Positions 58,354-64,000 of a stretch of DNA of 64,000 nucleotides are shown piece after piece (the stretch's first letter is position 1; each line of letters begins with the position of its first letter). A model generated the notes under the pieces. It ran no database searches and was not told the DNA's origin. It was given only the letters and a program-made list of their open reading frames with translations. The DNA lies in the NCBI GenBank assembly GCA_963707635.1, contig OY970173.1, forward strand, positions 960,001 through 1,024,000, in the 5' to 3' direction. This DNA comes from Candidatus Latescibacterota bacterium (GTDB lineage: Bacteria; Krumholzibacteriota; Krumholzibacteriia; WVZY01; JAKEHA01). The translations under genes and the position numbers were made by a program.

Positions 58354-59781
58354 TCAGTCGGGCAGGTTGACGGCCTTTCGGGTCCAGCTCGACACGACGG
58401 CGAAGTTCGCGGGGTCGCGCAGGAGCTGCACCCCGTGCCCGGAGAACTGGAACACACGCGTGGTGACCACCGGACGCGCGCCGCCGTGGCCGGTCGCCGC
58501 GGAGTCGTCGCCCGCCTCGGTGAGCAGCCAGAGCGAGCGCATGGCGAAGGCGTCTTCGTCGCTCGCGACCGCCAGCATCGGCTTCGGCGGCCGGAACGAC
58601 AGCGCCGCCGCCAGGTCACGATCGTCCGCGGTGAACAGCGGCGAGAGGTGGACGACGACCGCCACCACGCCGAGCTCGTGGATCGCGTGTTCGACGGTGG
58701 TGCACGCGCCGCCTTCGGCGACGATGGCGATGCCGTCGGCCGGGACCCCGGCCTGGTCGCGAAGGTAGCGCCACGCGGTTTCCACGTCGGACGCAAGCCG
58801 GTCGCGCTGGCGCGCCGGCATCTGGCTGTACGACGGGATCGAGTCCGATCGGCTGTCGCCGTGCCCGCGCGGGTCGACTGTCAGGGTGGTCAGGCCGTCG
58901 ACGGTGAAGAGCTGCGCGTACGGCGTGAACGCGGAGCGCCGGCCTCCCAGGTCGGGAACGAACAGGATCGCGGCCGGGCTCTTGCCGCGCCGCAGCGTCG
59001 CCTCGAGACGCACCCCGCCCTCGCCCTGGAGCTCGATGATCTCGGCGCCTTCGGCCCGGGCGGCGTCGGCGCGCGCGCGCCGCGCGCCGGCGACGGCGCC
59101 GGAGACGACCGCGTCGAACTCGCCGGCGTTCACCTTGCCCGACGCGGACAGCAGCGCGATCAACGCCGCGTCGTCGTCCGGATTGGAGTCCCCGGTCGAA
59201 CCGATCAGCGCAAGGTACGCGGCGCGGGCCTCGTCGCGGCGCCCGAGGCCGGCGAGGCATCGCGCGCGCACGCGCACCGCGTCCTCGGCGGCGTCCTCGT
59301 CCAGCATGGCGACGGCATGGTCGGCCACCTGCAGCGCCTCGTCGCGGCGCCCCAGCTCCAGGAGTGCGCGCGCCCGGAGCGCGTACGCGCGGCCGAGGAA
59401 CGGGGGAGGGGTCGCGCTGGCGCCGGACCACTCGATCGCGGCGCGGAGCACTTTCTCGGCGCCGTCGGGGTCGTGACCCTGATCGAGGAGCATGACGGCG
59501 TACGCGTTCGACGTGGCCACGTCGCCCGGAAAGAACACCAGAATCTGTTCGAATGCCTCTGCCGCCCGGTCGAACTGGCCGATCGACACGTACAGATCCG
59601 CCAGCCACCGCAGCGTCACCGCCTGCTTCTCGGCGGCGACGTCCCCTCCGATGAGCTGTTCGAGTTTCCGTATCTCCTGGTCGATGTCCGCGCGGGTGTC
59701 GATCCGGCCGCTCGAATCCTGCCCGCGCGCGCTCGACGCGCACAGAATCGAAACCAAGACGACCAGCGTGACGCGCAGCAT
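58354..59781 (-). CDS. Exported TPR plus alpha/beta-hydrolase-fold protein
   Basis: Signal peptide, TPR repeats, DPRGHGDS and a late GHG; the nucleophile elbow is not canonical. Confidence 0.7.
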   Translation of the reverse strand: MLRVTLVVLVSILCASSARGQDSSGRIDTRADIDQEIRKLEQLIGGDVAAEKQAVTLRWLADLYVSIGQFDRAAEAFEQILVFFPGDVATSNAYAVMLLDQGHDPDGAEKVLRAAIEWSGASATPPPFLGRAYALRARALLELGRRDEALQVADHAVAMLDEDAAEDAVRVRARCLAGLGRRDEARAAYLALIGSTGDSNPDDDAALIALLSASGKVNAGEFDAVVSGAVAGARRARADAARAEGAEIIELQGEGGVRLEATLRRGKSPAAILFVPDLGGRRSAFTPYAQLFTVDGLTTLTVDPRGHGDSRSDSIPSYSQMPARQRDRLASDVETAWRYLRDQAGVPADGIAIVAEGGACTTVEHAIHELGVVAVVVHLSPLFTADDRDLAAALSFRPPKPMLAVASDEDAFAMRSLWLLTEAGDDSAATGHGGARPVVTTRVFQFSGHGVQLLRDPANFAVVSSWTRKAVNLPD

Positions 59782-59787
59782 GAGCGG

Positions 59788-60348
59788 CTACAGCCCGAGC
59801 TCCGTCGATACGGTCCGCATCGAGGAGATGACGTTCGCGATGTGTTCGTCGAGCGACAGCCCGACCAACTCGGCGCCGCGTTCGATGTCTTCGCGCGAGA
59901 CGTTGCGGGCGAATCCCTTGTCCTTGAGCTTCTTCTTCACCGACGCGGGTTCGAGGTCGGAAAGGCTCTTCGACGGCCGCACCAGCGCCACCGCGGTGAT
60001 GAAACCGCACAGCTCGTCGACGGCGAAAAGCGCCTGGCGCATCGGTGTGTCGCGCGGGACGCCGGTGCGATCCGCGTGGGAGAGGATGGTCTGGATCAAT
60101 TCCTCGTCGACCCCGCGCGCCCGGAGGATTTCCGCCCCGCGGAACGGGTGGTCGTCGAGCGACGGGAAGCGCTCGTAGTCGAAGTCGTGCAGGAGGCCGG
60201 CGGCGCCCCACGCGTCGGCGTCGGCACCGGAACGCGCGGCGTAGTGACGCATCGCCGCTTCCACCGCGTAGGCGTGTTTGAGCAGGCTCTCGCCCTGGGT
60301 GTGTTCCTGCAGGATGGCGAGGGCGCTTTCCCGCGTGGGAAACGGCAC
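59788..60348 (-). CDS. HD/HDIG-domain hydrolase
   Basis: KHAYAVEAAM, GLLHDFDYE, AVDELCGFI; AGGAG RBS before GTG 60348. Confidence 0.88.
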   Translation of the reverse strand: MPFPTRESALAILQEHTQGESLLKHAYAVEAAMRHYAARSGADADAWGAAGLLHDFDYERFPSLDDHPFRGAEILRARGVDEELIQTILSHADRTGVPRDTPMRQALFAVDELCGFITAVALVRPSKSLSDLEPASVKKKLKDKGFARNVSREDIERGAELVGLSLDEHIANVISSMRTVSTELGL

Positions 60349-60421
60349 GGCCGGACACTCCTTGGTTTGCGGGATGGCGGGGCGATCGTCTATATTAGGC
60401 GGACGACCATCTGATGATAGT

Positions 60422-62197
60422 ATGAATACTCCCGCCAGTTCCAAAGAAAAACGCCGGCTCGCGCTGCGAACAGTGCTGCGCTACCTCGGCCGATACCGCC
60501 TTCGACTCGCCGTCGGAGGCTTGTGTCTGGTGCTGGCCGACCTGCTCGTGCTCGTGAGTCCGTGGATTCTCAAGACCGCGATCGACGCGCTCTCGCGCGG
60601 AGTGACGAAACGAGAGCTGCTCAGCTACGCGGGCATGCTGGTCGGGATCGCGGCGGTGGGCGGCCTGTTCCGGTTTCTCATGCGCCGCATCATGATCGGC
60701 GTTTCCCGTCAGATCGAAGTCGACATGCGCGCGGACTTCTTCGCGCACCTGCAGGCGATGAGCCCCGCGTTCTATCACCACCACCGCACCGGCGAGCTGA
60801 TGGCGCTCGCCACCAACGACTTGAACGCCGTGCGCACGCTGGTGGGCCCCGCGGTCATGTACTCGATGAACACGGTGGTGATCGGCAGCATGGCGATCGC
60901 GCTGATGATGGTGCTGTCGTGGAAGCTCACCATCGCGGCGCTCGCGCCCATGCTCGTGCTCACGGTGGGCGTCTACTACAGCGTGAAGATCATCCACCGG
61001 CTGTTCGAGATCGTGCAGGCGAAATTCGCGTCGATCAACGCGCGGGCGCAGGAGAACCTGAGCGGCATCCGGGTGGTGAAGGCCTACGCGCGCGAGAACT
61101 ACGAGACCGGCGAGTTCGCGAAGGCGAGCGGGGAGTATCTCGCGGCCAACATGAAACTGCTGCGGGTGCAGAGCCTGCTCCACCCGCTCCTCGCCACCGT
61201 CGCCGGCATGGGCGTGCTGGCGATCCTCCTCTTCGGCGGCAACCTCGTCATCGACGGCGAGATCACGCTGGGGACGTTCGTCGCGTTCAACGGTTACCTC
61301 ACCATGCTGGTGTGGCCGGTGATCGCGCTCGGCTGGGTAATGAACATGAACGAGCAGGGCCTCGCGTCCATGCAGCGCATCAACGAGGTGCTCGAGGAGA
61401 AGGCGACCGTCACCGACGAGCGCGCCGGCGCGGGCGGGGTCGACCACGCGTCGATTCGCTTCGACGACGTGTCGTTTTCGTACGGCCGTGGCGGCGTCCA
61501 CCGCGACGTGCTCAAGCACATCAGCTTCGAGGTGAAGGACGGAGAGACGGTCGCGATCGTGGGGCCGACGGGATCCGGCAAGACCTCGCTCGTCTCGCTC
61601 GTCCTGCGCCTGTACGACGCGACCGGCGGGCGCGTGCTCGTCGGCGGGCGCGACGTGCGCGAGATTCCGCTGCGGGAGCTCCGCGGATTGATCGGCCTGG
61701 TGCCGCAGGACATCTTCCTTTTCTCGGAGACGATCCGCGAGAACATCTCCTTCGGCGTGGCGGAGCTGCCCGACCCGGTGCTCCACGTCGTGAGCCAGAC
61801 CGCGCAGATCTACGACGAAGTCATCGAGTTCCCGGGCAAGTTCGAGTCGATGATCGGGGAGCGCGGAATCAATCTCTCGGGCGGGCAGGCGCAGCGCGTG
61901 GCGATCGCGCGCGCACTGGCCAAGCGCCCCCGCATCCTGATCCTCGACGACGCGCTCTCCAGCGTGGACGCCACCACCGAGGAGAAGATCCTTACCTCGC
62001 TCGCGGGCGAATTCGAGAACCGGACCGTGATCCTGATCTCGCACCGCATCTCGACCGCGCGCCAGGCCGACCGCGTGGTGGTGCTCGACGACGGCGAGAT
62101 CGTCGAGCAGGGCACGCACGACGAGCTGATCGCGCTCGGCGGGCTCTACGCCGAGATGAATCGAAAGCAGATGCTGATGGTGGCGCTGGAGAGGTGA
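60422..62197 (+). CDS. ABC exporter half-transporter (TMD+NBD) with a degenerate Walker B
   Basis: Six TM helices; GPTGSGKT, LSGGQAQR, ILDDALS, SHR. Confidence 0.93.
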   Translation: MNTPASSKEKRRLALRTVLRYLGRYRLRLAVGGLCLVLADLLVLVSPWILKTAIDALSRGVTKRELLSYAGMLVGIAAVGGLFRFLMRRIMIGVSRQIEVDMRADFFAHLQAMSPAFYHHHRTGELMALATNDLNAVRTLVGPAVMYSMNTVVIGSMAIALMMVLSWKLTIAALAPMLVLTVGVYYSVKIIHRLFEIVQAKFASINARAQENLSGIRVVKAYARENYETGEFAKASGEYLAANMKLLRVQSLLHPLLATVAGMGVLAILLFGGNLVIDGEITLGTFVAFNGYLTMLVWPVIALGWVMNMNEQGLASMQRINEVLEEKATVTDERAGAGGVDHASIRFDDVSFSYGRGGVHRDVLKHISFEVKDGETVAIVGPTGSGKTSLVSLVLRLYDATGGRVLVGGRDVREIPLRELRGLIGLVPQDIFLFSETIRENISFGVAELPDPVLHVVSQTAQIYDEVIEFPGKFESMIGERGINLSGGQAQRVAIARALAKRPRILILDDALSSVDATTEEKILTSLAGEFENRTVILISHRISTARQADRVVVLDDGEIVEQGTHDELIALGGLYAEMNRKQMLMVALER

Positions 62198-64000
62198 GCG
62201 TGGAGTACATCCAGGCCGACGAACTGCAGGAGAAGCCGTACGACCGCCGCCTGATGGGGCGGCTGATGGCGTACCTCAAGCCGTACAAGCGCTACGTCGG
62301 GTTGAGCGTGGCGCTGCTCGCGGTCGAGTCGCTGATCGAGCTGGCCCCGCCCTTCGTCACCAAGCTGGCGATCGACCGCTATCTGGCGCCGACGGGAGAC
62401 GTCGCGACCAGTCTTCGGCACGCCGGACTGGCGAAGGCGGTGGCGGTGCTGGGGGTGGCGCTGCTGGCGGGTCTGGCCTCGAGCTACGTCCACGGGCTCA
62501 CGATGGGCTTCGTGGGCCAGCGCGTGATGTTCGACCTGCGCATGCAGATCTTCCGCCGGCTCCAGCGCCTGGATGTCTCGTTCTTCGACCGCAACCCGGT
62601 GGGGCGCCTGATGACGCGGCTCACCAACGACGTCGAGACCCTCAACGAGATGTTCACCGCCGGCGTGGTCGCGATCTTCCTGGACATTTTCACGCTGGCG
62701 GGAATCGTGGTCGTGCTGGTGTGGCTCAACTGGCAGCTGGCGCTCATCACCTTCACCGTGCTGCCGCTATTGTTCATCTGCGCACAGGTGTTCCGCATCA
62801 AGGCGCGCGACTCCTACCGCAAGGTGCGCGTGCGTCTGGCGGCCCTCAATACGTTCCTGCAGGAAAACGTGACCGGCATGAGCGTGGTGCAGATCTTCAA
62901 CCGCGAGAAGGCGCAAAACCGGCGCTTTTCGCGGCTGAACAACGAGCTCTACGACGCCCACCTGCAGTCGATCCTGGCCTACGCGGTGTTCTATCCGGCG
63001 GTGGAGCTCCTGAGCGCGGTGGCGATCGCGCTGATCGTCGCCTTCGGCGGGCTCGACGTGATCACGGGTGCCATGACCTTCGGCTCGCTGGTGGCGTTCA
63101 TCCAGTACGCGCAGCGTTTCTATCGCCCGATCAGCGACCTCTCGGAGAAATACAACATCCTGCAGTCGGCGATGGCCTCGTCGGAGCGCATCTTCGGCGT
63201 GCTCGACCGCGACGCCCGCATCGCCGATCCCGCGGATCCGGCGCCGATTCCGACCGCGCCGTCCGAGGTGCGGTTCGACCACGTGAGCTTCGCCTACAAC
63301 CCGGACGTCCCCGTCCTCCACGACGTGAGCTTCACCGTGCAGCCCGGCGAGAAACTCGCCATCGTCGGCTACACCGGCGCGGGCAAGACCACCATCATTA
63401 GTCTACTTTCGCGTTTCTACGACGTGAACGAGGGACGCATCACCATCGACGGCGTCGACGTGCGCGGCTACCGGCTGACGGATCTGCGCCGGCACATCGC
63501 CACTGTGCTCCAGGACGTGTTTCTGTTTTCCGGGAGCGTGGCGCACAACATCCACCTCGGGAATACCGAGATCCCCGACGCGCAAATCCGCGACGTGGCG
63601 CGCTACATCAACGCGGAGCGCTTCGTCGAGCGGCTGCCGAACGGGTACGACGAGAACGTCGGCGAGCGCGGGAGCTCGCTCTCCGTCGGCGAGCGCCAGC
63701 TGCTCTCGTTCGCGCGCGCGCTGGTGTACGACCCGAAGATCCTGGTGCTCGACGAGGCGACCTCCAGCGTCGACACCGAGACCGAGTTCCTGGTCCAGGA
63801 CGCGCTGCGCAAGTTCATGGCCAACCGGACCTCGATCGTGATCGCACACCGGCTCTCGACCATCCGCTACGTGGACCGCATCCTCGTGCTGCACAGGGGC
63901 CGCGTGGTCGAGGAAGGCACCCACGCGCAGCTGCTCGCACAGGGCGGGCACTACGCAAAGCTCTACGAGCTGCAGTTCAAGGAGCAGGAGAAGACGCAGC
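62194..64000 (+). CDS. ABC exporter half-transporter partner (3' partial; absent from the ORF track)
   Basis: GTGA overlap; open frame to the window end: FFDRNPVGRLMTR, GYTGAGKTT, LSVGERQLL, VLDEATSSVD, IAHRLST. Confidence 0.92.
   Translation, partial: MSVEYIQADELQEKPYDRRLMGRLMAYLKPYKRYVGLSVALLAVESLIELAPPFVTKLAIDRYLAPTGDVATSLRHAGLAKAVAVLGVALLAGLASSYVHGLTMGFVGQRVMFDLRMQIFRRLQRLDVSFFDRNPVGRLMTRLTNDVETLNEMFTAGVVAIFLDIFTLAGIVVVLVWLNWQLALITFTVLPLLFICAQVFRIKARDSYRKVRVRLAALNTFLQENVTGMSVVQIFNREKAQNRRFSRLNNELYDAHLQSILAYAVFYPAVELLSAVAIALIVAFGGLDVITGAMTFGSLVAFIQYAQRFYRPISDLSEKYNILQSAMASSERIFGVLDRDARIADPADPAPIPTAPSEVRFDHVSFAYNPDVPVLHDVSFTVQPGEKLAIVGYTGAGKTTIISLLSRFYDVNEGRITIDGVDVRGYRLTDLRRHIATVLQDVFLFSGSVAHNIHLGNTEIPDAQIRDVARYINAERFVERLPNGYDENVGERGSSLSVGERQLLSFARALVYDPKILVLDEATSSVDTETEFLVQDALRKFMANRTSIVIAHRLSTIRYVDRILVLHRGRVVEEGTHAQLLAQGGHYAKLYELQFKEQEKTQ

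Overview
High-GC bacterial chromosome segment made up mostly of housekeeping genes. A FlgD/T9SS-type C-terminal sorting domain and porX-tsaE synteny suggest an FCB-group lineage such as Krumholzibacteria, Latescibacterota or Eisenbacteria; this is inference only. In order: a PI-PLC-like membrane protein, ftcD, a secreted beta-propeller protein, an AttEFGH-like ABC/hydratase operon, FGE and HAD genes, a PyrR-attenuated pyr operon, a polysaccharide locus, a degenerate hemC, then serS-HK-porX-tsaEB-rimI-PNP, accD-folC-ROK-lptD, HU, a probable UGA-recoded selenoprotein/tetraheme cytochrome, CBS/CGL, small Zn-binding proteins, signalling/TPR genes and a heterodimeric ABC exporter that runs off the window. 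Most notable: (1) an exported UshA/SoxB-fold CGU selenoprotein fused to four hemes, with a SECIS-like hairpin, next to transsulfuration genes; (2) a five-copy structured intergenic repeat with a fixed core and variable outer stems, plus a second two-copy family; (3) an apparently split MacB-type permease whose N-half is fused to an AttH-like domain; (4) a HemC pseudoenzyme; (5) three compensating single-base insertions in a POT transporter. No rRNA, tRNA, CRISPR array or transposase was seen. All calls come from reading motifs by eye, with no database searches.
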